Positions 1 through 13,494 of a stretch of 64,000 nucleotides of DNA are shown here, piece after piece (the first letter of the stretch is position 1; each line of letters opens with the position of its first letter). Both the position numbers and the translations under genes were made by a program. The notes beneath the pieces were generated by a model. It ran no database searches. It was not told where the DNA came from and saw only the letters and a program-made list of their open reading frames with translations. The stretch is from contig OX597815.1 in NCBI GenBank assembly GCA_951406725.2, positions 169,508,001-169,572,000 of the forward strand, written 5' to 3'. This DNA is from Octopus vulgaris (taxonomy: Eukaryota).

Positions 1-748
1 ACTAAAATTTACAGAAAAACAAAAGATGAAGACAAGTGTATGACCAACAAGCAGGTGTGTTAATTTAACACTCGAGAAAGTGAGAAAGTCTTTTATGTTT
101 TGAGCCTATGCTCTTCAGCAGAAAGGAATAAGAGAAAATAAACAGAGGGAGAATAAAAAAAACTTGCGGATTTAGTGGTCAAGCTCCCCTGCTCGCAATA
201 TACCAGATGTAGCTGTGCATCGTTAACCAGCTAAAGGAGATGTCGTCTTGGGGGCTAACAAATCACAGTAAAGTCTGTTTGAACAGAACAGCCATGTTGA
301 AGTGGCTATGAACATTACTTGCTAGTACAACTACTGCATTCATCTCTTAAAGAGATTCTAGAACTACTGTTTCTTTTGCTTGTTGCTAAACCAGCGAGTG
401 TGTGTCACTTGAATTTACATATATTGCAAGCAGAAGTGAGCTATTGCCATCTCTAGCAGATGACATCTCCAGTACTGAAGAGAGGCAGGAATAGCTTGAA
501 ACCAGGCTGGTCTGCTGGTCCTGTCATTAGAAGGTGGTAGGGGTTTGCTCCCCTGCTTCCAATGTATCGGATGCAGCTGTGCATTGTTAACCAGCTAGAG
601 ATATCCTCTTGGGGTTAAGAAGGTCTGTTTGAATGCAACAGCCATGTTGGAGTGGCTATAAACATTACTTGCTACTACAACTACTGTGTTCATTAATTAG
701 AGAGAACTAGTGTTTTATTTTGCTTATATATATATATATTTGTATATA

Positions 749-804
<56 letters not shown>

Positions 805-1004
805 CACACACATGTACACACACGTGAATAGCTTCCACACAATTTTCTAATTAGCTCAGTGCTAGTGTAGAAGACACTTGTCAAAGGTACTGTGCAGTGT
901 GACTGAATCCAAAACTCTGTAGCTGTAAAGTGAACTTCTTAACCACATGACCAAACATGTACCTAAATACTTACATGCATACATACATACATATATATAT
1001 ACAT

Positions 1005-1420
1005 AGGTGTAGGAGTGGCTGTGTGGTGAGTAGCTTGCTTATGAACCACATGGTTCTGGATTCAGTCCCACTGCGTGGCACCTTGGGCAAGTGTCTTCTA
1101 CTATAGGCTCGGGCCGACCAAAGCCTTGTGAGTGGATTTGGTAGATGGAAATTGAAAGAAGCCCTTTGTATATATGTATATATATATATATGTGTGTGTG
1201 TGTGTATATGTTTCTGTGTTTGTGTTTGTTCCCCCAACATTGCTTGACAACCGATACTGGTGTGATATGTCCCCGTAACTCAGTGGTTTGGCAAAAGAGA
1301 CTGACAGAATAAGTACTAGTTTTACAAAGAATAAGTCCCGGGGTCGATTTGTTCGACTAAAGGTAGCACATGAGCATGGCCACAGTCAAATGACTGAAAT
1401 AAGTAAAAGAGAGAGTAAAA
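1005..1420 (+). mobile_element. tRNA-derived SINE family A (head ggagtggctgtgtggt, internal microsatellite, taaaagag tail)
   Basis: A/B-box-like head, ccttgggcaagtgtcttc core, conserved tail. Partial copies at about 830-950(-), 1985-2160(+), 29045-29210(+), 30875-31015(-), 56980-57540(+), 60230-60345(-). Confidence 0.85.
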
Positions 1421-3369
1421 GAGATACATAAATGTATACATACATGCATATATATGTGAGTATGTGTATGTGTGTGTGTATGTGTATGTGTGTGTGTATG
1501 TGTATGTGTGTGTGTGTATTTCTGTCTCCACTCTCAGATGGAATGTCATCACACATAGCAAATCTGTAGCTGGGTATCTGACAGGTGGTACTATTCCTGG
1601 TTAGGGTAGATTTAGGAGTAATAGGAACACTCCTTAAAACCCTGGATCTCCTGAACCAGAACACCACTAGCAGACACAGTTTGAAGCCATACTCAGGACT
1701 TTATATAAGGTACATATGCTTGTATGTATTCATGTATGTATCTATGCATATGTGTGAGTTTCTGTGCATCTGAGTGTTTGTTTAAAATTGTGATTGTCTG
1801 AAAATCACTCAGCTACAAGTGTCAATGTTGCTGTCATTTTCCATGTCGATGAGTCAACTGCTAGCTTTGCACCTTTGAAAACAAGAAACTTGTGACACAG
1901 GTAAAGGTTATGGACAGCAAGGGCATCTGGTTGTTAAAATAATACCTCAATAATATTTAGCCTATGATCGTATGGAACAATGAGCATGACAGTGTGGTAA
2001 GAAGCTTGCTTCCCAACCACATGGTTTTGAGTTCAGTCCCATTGTGTGGCATCTTGGGCAATTGTCGTCTACTATAATCCTGTGCTGTCTAATGCTTTTT
2101 GAGTGCATTTGGTGGAAAGAAACTGAAAGAAGCCTGTTGTATATACAGACACACACACACATATATATATATGTCTGTATATAAATTAGTGAGTGGACAA
2201 ATGAAAGAAAAGGGTACTTAGCATATTTAGTGGGGGTTACATGTATTATATAAAATAGTTTGATTTGGTTCTATGCAGCTTAAATTTTGTAGGCCTCTAA
2301 CAGAAGCCCTTCTTTTGGCAATCCAAAACCTGAAAGAGATGGGCTTTTGTTAGAGGCCTGTGTAACTTTAAGTCACATGGAACTGAATCAAACTGTTTTA
2401 AATAGTATATATATACATACACATTAATTACACTATTTACAATTGACAGATATTTGTCCTCATCTTGTTTGCTGTTAATGCAACATTTCAGCAGGTATAC
2501 CTTCCAGTGTAATAACCAAATCAAGTAAAAGCTAGCAGATGGAAACATTTACACAACACTCACCCACTCAAGATACAAAACCTATTTAACTATAAAGTTC
2601 ACATCAAAGATCTTGCAAGCTAAATACATACAAGTATACAATATACTTACATTTTCCCAAAAAGTAACGGAAATACCAACGAGTTTGGGATTCTGGATTC
2701 TCAAGATGAATTGGGCTATTCAAGGGGCTGGGGATTTGAAGATGGTTCTAGAGAAAATAATGATAAAAAAAAACAAAAAAAAAAAACAAAGAAATAAATA
2801 AAACTTGAAAATAGAAAACAAAGAAAATTAAATTCAATTTGTTGAAATAAGAAATGAGAAATGAGAAATAGTTGTAAGATATTTCAAATTCTTGGTCACC
2901 AGTAATTAATTATATTTCTGTCGTGACAGATGTTAGCACTGAATAAATAAACTGAATATTTAAACTGGATGGATACAGCAGACGTTTTATGGCAATCTGT
3001 CATTAAAAATGGAATTGGAAGCAATGCTTTATTTTATGTTCTTTTTCAATTTTGTTGACTAATACTTGAAGACTGATGAATTACACATCAGCATCTTTAA
3101 ATGAAAATAGATATTATTTCAAGCAGTAAATTTATACCAGTCTCCAGACAGTATGTATCTAGTTTATGATAATATGTTCTCATTAATTTTAACTATAAAC
3201 AATCTTCACAGAAAGACTATGTAAATTTATATATTCAAAATAGATAATGTCATATCCTTTGTGTTGAAAAGTTATAATCAATATGACAGCAGATATTTGT
3301 CAAATGATTTCCTTGGGATCCAATATCTTCTTCCAAACACTTGTCTCACGTGGCAAGAGCCAAAGTGAG

Positions 3370-3820
3370 AGCCTCTATTTGGTTGTTTTACTTGCTAGAA
3401 ATAGCAGCCAAATTTTCCACCTTTGGCATTTCACTGAATAAAGAAAGAGGCTTAATGGATATTAGAAAAGATGGTATGGTTATGGCTGCAATGCCTTTGA
3501 TTATAGGTTTGGTTGGTCAGTGCTGATATAGGGCTTTGAAGAAACAACAACAACAGTCACAACAATAACAACATCTAGGATAAAGAAGCCAATGAGAAAG
3601 CCACTGCATGGTCATTCAACCTGCTAGAAATAACTACCAAATCTATTGCATATTATAATAAGCTGTCCTGAAAAAGAGGATTGATCTGATTGGAGAATAT
3701 AGTTCTAGATACACAGTATCTGAATGAAAAAAAAAGTGGTGAGATAATTATTGCTGCTGTATTTTTAATTACAGGTCTGCTCAATCATGGTTGAACAGAG
3801 ACAAAGCAACAACAAGAACA
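3370..3820 (+). repeat. Two tandem copies of a dispersed ~200-bp repeat (ctgctagaaatagcagccaaat...ggctaaacaacaac)
   Basis: Further decayed copies near 9750, 14930, 15870, 16580, 16820, 47650, 51750 and 63850; the (AAC)n tail suggests a retroposon 3' end. Confidence 0.55.
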
Positions 3821-4089
3821 ACAATGACGATATTATCATCATCAGCAGCAATGACATCATCTCTCACATTGTCTCTCTCTCCTACCACTTCTTATTTATG
3901 TATGAAGCTCACATGATCCCGCATTCCTTATCAGTTGCAACAAGTCTTTTGTTTTTAATTTAGAGGATATAAAACTCTGCTGCCTCTCATTAATTTCTCT
4001 TCCTTTCAACTTTTCCCTGAAAAAGGACCCTGTCTGAAACGTTGGATTTTCCACTCCCTACAACAAGTTCCCTGTACCTTTTTTTATTG

Positions 4090-4320
4090 GTTGAACTGGC
4101 AGAAACGTTAGCTCACTGGGCGAAATGCTTAGCGGTATTTTGTCTGCCGCTACGTTCTGAGTTCAAATTCTGCCGAGGTTGACTTTGCCTTTCATCCTTT
4201 CGGGGTCAATTAAATAAGTACCAGTTACGCACTGGAGTCGATATAATTGACTTAATCCATTTGTCTGTCCTTGTTTGTCCTCTCTGTATTTAGCCCCTTG
4301 TGGGTAGTAAAGAAATAGGT
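4090..4320 (+). mobile_element. SINE family B (head ggcggcgagctggcagaaacgttagc; Meta-domain-like core gcctttcatcctttcggggtcga)
   Basis: Many copies in the window; the core resembles the Meta/Sauria-SINE central domain as recalled. Other copies at about 15550-15750, 27225-27405, 47960-48335, 58698-58915 (+) and 32215-32740 (-). Confidence 0.8.
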
Positions 4321-4609
4321 TTTACTGAATAATAATAACTTCTAGATGCTAGCAGTCCAACCCATGCTAGCATGGAAAACGGACGTTAAACGATGATGAT
4401 GATGATGATGATGATGATTAGTTCTATTACCTACAAGTGGATGGATCAGTTGCCTACTTTAGAGATTATTGACTTAACCAATTTATATGTGGTTGCTATA
4501 GAGTAACAATATGTAAATTAGCGAGTCCATCCCACACATGTTTGCATACCAGGTAACAGTTCTCCAGTGTTTGCATGTTTTTCTGTTTTCTCTGTGTCGG
4601 TTGACTGGC

Positions 4610-4900
4610 TTAAGATCCTCCTGAAAGACTTGATGCCATAACGGTTCTTGGTCTTTCTCATCTTTTTCAACATGTTACAACCTGTTACTGTCTCTCTTAA
4701 TGTTGCTCCTCCCACCCATACCAATAATCTGGCTTTCTCAGGACATGACCTGTCGGTTATGGTCTTTGTTCAATTCCCGAGTTGTGGAGTTTTTGTGACA
4801 ATATTCTTCTATAGATCTCATTTCTGATATAATCACGGTAGAAAACTCGCAGGGTTTTCCTTAAACATTTTTGGTGAAAGATATTCCTACATTTTGGTGA
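4610..4900 (-). mobile_element. RTE-clade LINE C-terminal relic
   Basis: Minus strand gives FHQKCLRKTLRVFYRDYIRNE...GHVLRKP with frameshift and stop. Confidence 0.6.
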
Positions 4901-5879
4901 ATTTTTAACACTTTTCTCTCACGTTATGCTTGGTTAGTGTTTAAAGCATTTGTTTGACATGTGAGACCATGGCCCTGTGCCTACAAAGAGTATGAGATGT
5001 TTTGGCACAGCCGTGTTGACACTGCCTATTTGATATCAAACACTTTAATGTTTCTCTCATTCTCTCCCCACTCTCTGTATTTGTGAGTGTGAGCATATAT
5101 CACTTGATGTGTATGAAGAGAGAGAGAAAGTATTTATATCAATCGTGTTCAATTAATAGATTGTAATGCCTCTCTCTCTACTCCCACCTTCTATCTGTGG
5201 GAATATATTTTGACACACACGTGCATGTGCGTACGTGTTTGCCTCCAGTGCTAAAAAGTACTATCGCCAAAACAGTTAAATGTCCTGGCAGCGCTCAAAC
5301 AGCTGCACACAATCGCCTCGTTCTGGCTTAGAACGCCTCACTCCAGTCTTATTAGCATAGCAGCGTCTGATTTGGCCGTAGACACCCAAACGGTTACAAT
5401 GACTGTATTTGAAGGTACTGTCTACCAATCTAGTTCTACTGATGTTTCTCTGTCGATTTTACATTTCTTTATCAGCAAACTTTAGCCTCTCCTCTCGTTT
5501 TTAAACTGTTCCAGTTTTCAGTGAGAGCGATTACCAAGTAATGTCCTCTCACCTTTTAAGCATTCATGTTAGAGATTTTCATGTCTCTTACGCAGACATT
5601 CTTGAAAAATATAGTTTATTCTTTTACTAATTTTCCTCGTAGGACTATGGCTGTGAGGGGAAACCCACTTTTGAGGGTATGGTTACTTATATCAACTCTT
5701 TGTACTTGATTTGTACATACAGGCATCACTTGTCTTACGGTTACTTCAGGGCATCGGATTTTGTGCTTATGGACAGTATAAAGTATGACTACTAATTTCA
5801 GGATAGACTGTAATTTTGCCACATTGCCAAAAGCATTAAAGCTTGCAACGTCTTCAGTGAAAATACATGGCAATGGAAA

Positions 5880-6669
5880 TTTAATTCAAGTGGTCAAGAA
5901 GCTACTGCGTTAACTGCTTGGACCTTAAGTTTTCAAAGATTTAATGTGGTGCTTAGAATGGAACAGCTCTTGAGCGTATAGATCAAAGATCAAACTCGAC
6001 GTAATATATCGATAAACACGTTGGTAATTAAAAAGAGTCAAAAGTTTATATGACGATTTGCAGCAAAGGGAAGTTGAAACTTCTAATGGAAAAAAAAAAT
6101 TTTCTGGCTAGTAAAGTCTGCTTGGAAAGTTTAAGAAACGCTTGATTTGCACAGCATGAAAATGACTGGTGAAGCTGAGAGTGTTGATTCAGAGGCTGTT
6201 ATTAATTATCCTGAGTAGCAAAAAAAAAAAAAAAAAGAAAAAGAAAAATGTTAAACTAAACTACACACCAGAGCAACAAAATAATGTTGCACTTTTCTGG
6301 AACTTTCATTTCTCGAGAAGAAAAATCGACCAAAAGTCGCTTAACGCTTCTTCTGGAAATAAGTGTTACTGGTGATGTCAAATCAAAGTCCTAGTCGTGT
6401 ATTAGTCTGAAAATCCTAGGTTTCAAGGATTGAGGGATGTTTAATTTATCTCTGGCTCAGAGAAACATTTTTGTCCCCTGTAGAAACGTACAATGTCAAA
6501 GAATATTTTCAACAAAACATTGCTCCTTTTTGCTATTTACAACAAAACATTCCCTATTTATTTAAAAGAGTTTTCTGATAACGTGAAAGTTAATTCCACA
6601 TTATGGACTCTCGCGCCATAACAGTATTTTCAGAAATCGTCACCTCTGTAACGCGGGGGGATTCCTGTA
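5880..6669 (+). mobile_element. Tigger/pogo transposase relic with right TIR
   Basis: Broken frames give MEQLLSV*IKDQTRRNISINTLVIK...SLYDDLQQRE...FLASK...LHSMKMTGEAESVDSEA (CENP-B HTH region); ends gtaacgcgggggattcctg TA. Confidence 0.7.
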
Positions 6670-6951
6670 CTTTAGCGATCTCGGAATATATAAAAAAAAA
6701 GGCTAAATTGACCTGGGTAGAATTTAAATTCAGAATGTAAAGAGGATATCTGAATATATTTATTTATTTTATATGAAAATACTAAAGTGTATTTAATGAA
6801 AACATCGTCGCAGCTGATGTTATTTCTTCCCACATTCGACTTACAACTTTCTTCTCTCTCTACAATTTCACGAATAATTCAATTATTAAAATATTCAATG
6901 CATAAAATGCTTGTGAAAATATCAATTAATTTAGCTTTCAAATCTCTTTAC

Positions 6952-7032
6952 CTCATCTGTATCTCTTTCGCCCGTTTCTACACGGAATCGACCCACGCTC
7001 TGGTTGGATCCTTCAGCATCACATGACGTAAG
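6952..7032 (-). CDS. GARNL3: GARNL3-like coding exon, 81 nt, phase 0 to 0
   Basis: Acceptor ttttctctttcttctaattgcag and donor GAG|gtaaag. The only open frame, LTSCDAEGSNQSVGRFRVETGERDTDE, continues the previous exon and matches human LISSDADGAIQRAGRFRVENG as recalled. Confidence 0.9.
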
Positions 7033-7423
7033 CTGCAATTAGAAGAAAGAGAAAACAAAATATAGTAAACAAACAAACAAACAAACAAACGAACGAACAA
7101 ATACACGATTCGTTTCAAAATGATATTTCAAATTCAATGAGAAAACCATTTATTTTAATATGTTCAAATAATATCCATAATACAAACAGCAGTTAGTGTT
7201 GGTATCAACGATGACAACAGTGTCGACGACGACGCCGGACGCCGACTGTTTCAACAACAACAACAACAACAAACAACAACAAACAACAACAAACAACAAC
7301 AAACAACAACAATAACAACAACAATGTCAATATCGACATCAACAACGTTACAAAATAACCTTTTACTGTCTTTGTATTAATCTAGAACCAGGTGGACGGA
7401 TTCAAATAGTCAAAATAAGAAGG

Positions 7424-7690
7424 CCGGTATCCCCGCGTTACGGAAACGTTATGTTCCCGAAAATTTTTCCGTGACGAGGAGTTCAGTAATCCGAAGCCTT
7501 CCCCCCTTGGATGTCAAATAAGAATGCAAGCATCTCGGTATTATAGGAACGCTGTGTTCCTGATAATTTTCCCGTAACGTGGAATTCGATAACGCGAAAC
7601 CCTTTTCCCTTGAAGTCAATGAGAAATACGTCTTGCATTACGGAACCCTTTCTTAAGACATTTCCAGGAACGCAATACTGCTGTAACGCT
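7424..7690 (+). mobile_element. Tigger-type MITE fragment
   Basis: Starts ggtatccccgcgttacg, similar to the reverse complement of the TIR at 6648-6667; internal cgtaacg-like repeats. Confidence 0.5.
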
Positions 7691-7927
7691 AATGATATCT
7701 GTTCGAGAAGAAGAGAATATTTAAATTTTAAGTATGATATTGCAGCAGTCAAGGTAGAAACCAGTGTTCACTCGGAATGTGACAGGTGCTGCAGCATGGC
7801 CACTATCATATGACTGAAACAAATAAAAGAATAAAATAACACCCAGATGTTGCAAATACTCCGGGTGCTGGATAAGCTTTGAATACCCTGTTCAAGGCAG
7901 TAACAGTAGTATTGTAAAATTCTGGTC

Positions 7928-8252
7928 CTCCGTCGATTACGATGATGATGACGAGTGTTTCAGTTGATTTGACCAGCAGAATAGCCTGCTCGTGAAATTA
8001 ACGTACAGGTGACTGAGGCCTCCACAGATACGCGTACCCTTAACGTAGTTTTCAGGGAGATTCAGCGTGACACAGAATGTGACAAGGTCGGCCCTTTGAA
8101 TTACAGGTACATTTAATTTTTGCCAGCTGAGTGGACTGGAGCAACGTGAAATAAAGTATCTTGCTCAAGGACACAACGAGCCACCGGGAATCGAACACAC
8201 GACCTTACGATTATGAACCGAAAACCCTAACCACCAAGCCACGTGCCTTCGC
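7928..8252 (-). mobile_element. tRNA-derived SINE family C (V-domain-like gtgtccttgagcaag)
   Basis: tRNA-like head (ggttagggtt...gttcgattcc). Plus-strand copy at 11830-12150; relative at about 45860-46010(-). Confidence 0.75.
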
Positions 8253-8491
8253 TACTGTTGTAATAAAGCAAGTACAGAATCACTGAATCAGAATTGCTAG
8301 CTTAAGATGTATTGTGATTTTGGAAGTATTACGTCATTATCTTTTACTTCTTTCAGTTATTGGATTGCAGTTTGCTGAGATGTCGCTTAGACTAGTGCTA
8401 CTCAAACAATCTGATGTGACGTACCGGCATTTTTTTTACTAATCTAGGAACCGATAATATTTCTCAGTAATATTAATTTATACTGGAAACA

Positions 8492-8891
8492 ATATATATA
8501 TAAAGCTGAAGTTGTCTGTGTGTGTGTGTGGCAGGTTTGGTAACCTTCAACTAACACTATCTCCTCTGAGACCTTGCGGCGCAAGTTGACCAAAATTGAG
8601 AGTATGATAGAAGGCTTGCTCTTCATTCCGTAGAAGAAAAAATTCAAATGGGACCATGTTAAGACCAAAAATTATTTACATAAAAAAGGTGCTTTTTTTT
8701 CTATGAAAATCCCTATTTTTCACAATTTTTTGACTGCTGTGTCGCAATTTTTCGGTGTATTTCATCCAGAAAAATGTTCACTTAAAGAGAATAACAAGTT
8801 ACATATTGCAAAATTTTTACTTTTCAAAAATTCCAATTCTAAAGGGTCGAAAAGAAAACAAACCCGAGCAACGCCGGGTTATACTGCTAGT
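8492..8891 (+). mobile_element. Non-autonomous Helitron
   Basis: 5' tatatataaag; 3' hairpin cccgagcaacgccggg followed by atactgCTAGt. Confidence 0.7.
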
Positions 8892-9972
8892 AATGAATAT
8901 AATAAAAGTTGACAATTGTTGTTATATTTATTTTGTAAACAAATAATATTACATAAGCATTTTATAATGTGTCTTTATTTTCTGGAAACTCGTCGCGTAC
9001 CACCACTTTTAGTAGCACTGGCTTCGACGGGTTTAGTCGAACAAATCTAGAATCTTTTCTGTTTGGCTTTCGCTTTTCAATTCCTTTAATTTTCTCCCAA
9101 TTGATTTCAAATTACTGATGTAGTTTTGTATGCGAATTATGGAAATGAAATTCATTTTTGCCATAAATTAATAACTAAAAAGTTAATAGCTTTTAAGGCT
9201 TGCAAATTTTGGGTAATTTTAGCCAGTCGTAAGCCACAGACACATTGGTGCCTATTCCCATAGTAACAAGCCAAGCTATTATCTGCTTAAAACAACAACC
9301 ACTACGTATTCAGAACTCTCGTTTTTGAATTTTTGCTATAAAAAATATATTCATTGTTTATTTATCAAATTTGGTATATTGATGTAATTTTTCACGCCGA
9401 ATCTGATTTTGCTATTCACTTTTTCCAGAAATTTTTTTTTGAAAAATGTTCACTAAAAGTATGTTACTAATTGATTAATCGCAGGTCAGCCACTGGTCGG
9501 ACTGACCTTAGACGCCAACCCTAAATTCCAAGTCTATTGCTACATCTTTCACTACATCTATCGCTACACCTTATGCTATTTTAGTTACTAAGCTAATCTG
9601 TCATAAATGAGACTGTCTTTCGATTTTGAACATAACGCCTTCAGTTTTAAAGTATTCATTGTTTAAATTATAGCCTTCTGTATAATTCTATGCGATCATC
9701 TTTTGGTAAGTGATATTCCAGGCACCAGGAGGGACGGGAAGGGAAGGGAGCCTCTATGTAGTTGCTTGACCTACAAGAAATAGCAGCCGGCAAATTCCTT
9801 CAATTCACACCTTACCGTCTGAAAAAAGGAGAGAAACATAGGACGACCGTAGTCTTGGATAAGGAAAAGGACACGATGGTCAAGACTACGATGTCTTTGA
9901 TCATGGATTTGTTAGAACAGAACTGACCTATAACTAAACAACAACAACAGCAGCAGCAGCAGTAACAACAGT

Positions 9973-10300
9973 GGAGGCGCAATGGCCCAGTGGTTAGGGC
10001 AGCGGACTCACGGTCGGAGGATCGCAGTTTCGATTCCCAGACCGGGCGTTGTGTGTCTATTGAGCGAAAACACCTAAAGCTCCACGAAGCTCCGGCAGGG
10101 AGTGGTGGCGACCCCTGTTGTACTATTTCGCCACAACTTTCTCTCACTCTTTCTTCCTGTTTCTTGTCCCCGACTTCCTACGCAAGCGCTGAGCTCTCGG
10201 TGTCGGGGGTTGACCTGCTTTCTCTTCTGCGAGTCTTACGAATAGCAAAGGACCACGTTTCGGACTTCTCCTACGAAGACCACTTCGCTCAACAAACAAA
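9973..10300 (+). mobile_element. tRNA-derived SINE family D
   Basis: ggaggcgcaatggcccagtggttagg...ttcgattcc head, non-tRNA body, aac-rich tail. Confidence 0.7.
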
Positions 10301-11567
10301 CAAAACAAACAAGCAACAACAACACCAACAACAGAAATAATAACAGCAGCAACAACAACGGCTATGGATGTTATTATACCTTCTACCAAAACATTTAATC
10401 ATTACTAAAAACTACTGCTAATGCCATAATCTTTCTTTGTCACGAGAACCACGACGACGACGACGACCACCACCATCAACATCAACAACAATATTATCAC
10501 CTCAATTCAACGAGGGACCTTAGAATATTGTCGTTTGATTAGATGAAATAACAGCTATATTTCTCTCGAGCGATACTTTTGTTATTATCATTATTATTAG
10601 TAGTAAACTAGTTAACCGTGTAACCAATTAAGAAATCAATTGTTTGCTTAATTGTTCAGTCGATCAATAGATTAGCTAACTGGTTAAATGGTTAACTAGT
10701 TGACTGATAATAATAAAAGAAATGAGATCGAACCAGTGCATGTGTTTATTATTGGCATAATGACCCTCCCGAGATACAACAAAAACTGTTTCAACTCACG
10801 AATTCGCATAAAGAATTTTGCAAACTAAACATAAAAACGAAACATTCTCTCGACTTCAAACAACAACAGAGAAAAAATACCAAATAATACATTAGATGAT
10901 GCACTCCAGAGTACAATATGTCGGAAAAAATAATATAAAAAAGCCCAAAATTACAGAATGTCCTTGACCAGAGTCTACTTGGAGGCGGAAGTTGCTAAAA
11001 TACAGCAGCAACAACAACTTTAACATTGCCACCACCACCACCACCACAACTACCGCCACCACCATCATCACTGCCATCGACATCGTCTGTGTGGCGCCAT
11101 GAATATTGTCGTCACTTCTTCAATCATCGCCTTTACAACTACCATTAACAACAAACACAACAACGTCCCCGCCCTCGTTACCCACCGCACTTTTGACTTT
11201 TTTTTGGATTGTTGAATATTTTCAAAGCTTAAATTGAAACACAAAGCCAGAGGATTTCATTAAAATTATGGTCACGTAATGGGGGCGCGCATTGAACACA
11301 TCACAAAGCAGTCAAGTCTCGTAACGACGGCAACAACGATAACAACAAGAACAACGAAACCAATAAAAATATTGAAAATATAAATGAACAACATTTTGAA
11401 GTAATCGTAATTTTTTTTAACGATTTGAAGGCTGTGAACAAGCAGAATCATTTGTAACATCGGACAAAATGCTTCACGGATATTTCTTTCAGAGCTTTAC
11501 GTTCTGAGTTCAAATTCCACAGACGTCGACTTTCATCCTTTCGAGATCGACAAAATAAGTACCATTG

Positions 11568-11796
11568 CTTCTTATTTCTTTATTGCCCACAAGGGGCTAA
11601 ACATAGAGGAGACAAACAAGGACAGACAAAGGGATTAAGTCGATCAGATCGACCCCAGTGCGTAACTGGTACTTAATTTATCGACCCCGAAAGGATGAAA
11701 GGCAAAGTCAACTTCGGCGGGATTTGAACTCAGAACGTAACGGCAAACGAAATACTGCTAAGCATTTCGTCCGGCGTGCTAACGATTCCGCCTTCA
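11568..11796 (-). mobile_element. SINE family B nested in an older plus-strand family B copy
   Basis: Flanked by target-site duplication aaataagtaccattg. Confidence 0.85.
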
Positions 11797-11829
11797 AATA
11801 AGTACCATTGTTTCTGTGTAGTTTAATAC

Positions 11830-12150
11830 TTGATTGGTTAAAACAGAGAAAGTCAAGGTATTTGGCTCACAATCGTAAGGTCACGAGTTCAATTCCCAGT
11901 GGCGTGTTGTGTCAATGAGCAAGACACTTTATCTCACGTTATTCCATGCCACTCAGCTAGCGAAAAGGAATAATATCTGTATTTCAAAGGATCAACCTTG
12001 TCACATTTTGTGTTGCGCTGAATCTTCCTAAGAACTATGTTAAGGGTACGCGTGTTTGAAGAGGGCTCAGCCACATGCACGTTAATTTCACGAGCAGGCT
12101 GTTCTGTTGACCGGATCAACTGGAACCCTCATCGTCGTGACCAACGGAGT
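11830..12150 (+). mobile_element. SINE family C copy
   Basis: Inverted homologue of 7928-8252. Confidence 0.75.
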
Positions 12151-12501
12151 GCGAGGTCCAAGCAGTGAACACATCTGATGGGAACCAAATTGTCCTCTTA
12201 TCACAGCCTTACCAGTGGCGGAGCATGGATTAGCGCTCCACTTCCTTAAACGTAACATATCTACGACTATAGTAAACATTCGTATATACAGTGATCACCC
12301 TGAGTAATCTGCACATCCCTCATATCCTACACTAGGCCACTGCATCCTATTGTTTTAAAAAACGTAAGGTCAATTGAACAATGGAGTTGTAACAGGATGA
12401 AAGGTCTGTAACACTTGAGGGGTAAATTATTCATCGAAGGAAAAGCCAAGACTTCGAATATTTTCAAACAGCATAAATATTTTTATTTTCTGGATTCGCA
12501 G

Positions 12502-12537
<36 letters not shown>

Positions 12538-12869
12538 CCTTCAGGGAAAATCAGTAGCCATGGAGTTAGTCGCTGTAGTTAAATGGTGTGAACCAAATGC
12601 TGTCTCGTTCCAGCATAGTGTAGCTTCGCCATGTGGTGGCAGCTTCATAGAGCTGTGAGAACGCGTCCGTTCAATTCGGCTGTCAGCTCCGAGAGAGCGA
12701 TACGCGGGAAGTTTTGCTGTTGCTAGTTCTCAACGCATGCGCATGAGGGAACTTCCGGCAGGCCTCCCGGAAGAATCCAACTCTGCACATGCGCGCTGAA
12801 GACTTCCAAAATGGCCTCACTATAGAGTCCTTGACATAGAAAACAGACAACATGCTTACTGTTTGAACT

Positions 12870-13190
12870 CCTTGGATCATAGATCTGCTCGATCTGAGTT
12901 GACCTCGAGTTATGAAACATTATTGTTGAAATTACAACAATGCCAGCAGCCGACCATTGAAGATCAAGTCCTTCAGCGCAGACCACAGCAGGATGAGCAC
13001 CAGAAAACTACCACAGCAACTTTTGTGACGGCAGCGACCTACGCTCTGGAGGGTCCAGAGCAGCGCACCAAAGAAGACAAGGGTGAAATAAACTGAGGAA
13101 GCACCCCCACTTCAAGAATGCTAAGGGCTGCGCCATGGATCGGAAAGCGTGGAATAACATCATCACCAGAGTCCATCATCCAGCGTGACC
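12870..13190 (+). mobile_element. Decayed RTE-like LINE 3' end
   Basis: Fragments CQQPTIEDQVLQRR, RMSTRKLPQQLL and AMDRKAWNNII resemble RTE ORF C-termini. Confidence 0.4.
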
Positions 13191-13310
13191 CACAGTAACG
13201 TATTGATTGAGAAGACAGCCACCTCCTCTGGTCGTCTCTGCGGAAATTTACATAAATATTTTTTTTGCCAGGAATGTAACAAAGCGTCTGTGTTAATAAT
13301 ATAAAAAAAT

Positions 13311-13433
13311 CTAGCAGTATAACCCGGCCTTGCCCGGGATTAAGTTACGATTATTAAGCTAATCAAGTTCTTTATTTCAAACCAAACTAAGTAATATAGA
13401 CGTCAAATTTGGGCGAAATCCGTTGAAATTAGT

Positions 13434-13494
<61 letters not shown>

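Noticed and set aside
2910-2996. Next GARNL3 exon after acceptor-like atttttaatgacag (IAIKRLLYPSS...)
   Set aside because: No donor, ends in a stop, and no similarity to the expected HLENPEY.TRWYFKYFLG segment, which I did not find in the window.
9973-10045. tRNA gene (also 8180-8250, 29410-29470, 43230-43300)
   Set aside because: A/B boxes present but no proper cloverleaf, and each continues into a repeat body; these are SINE heads.
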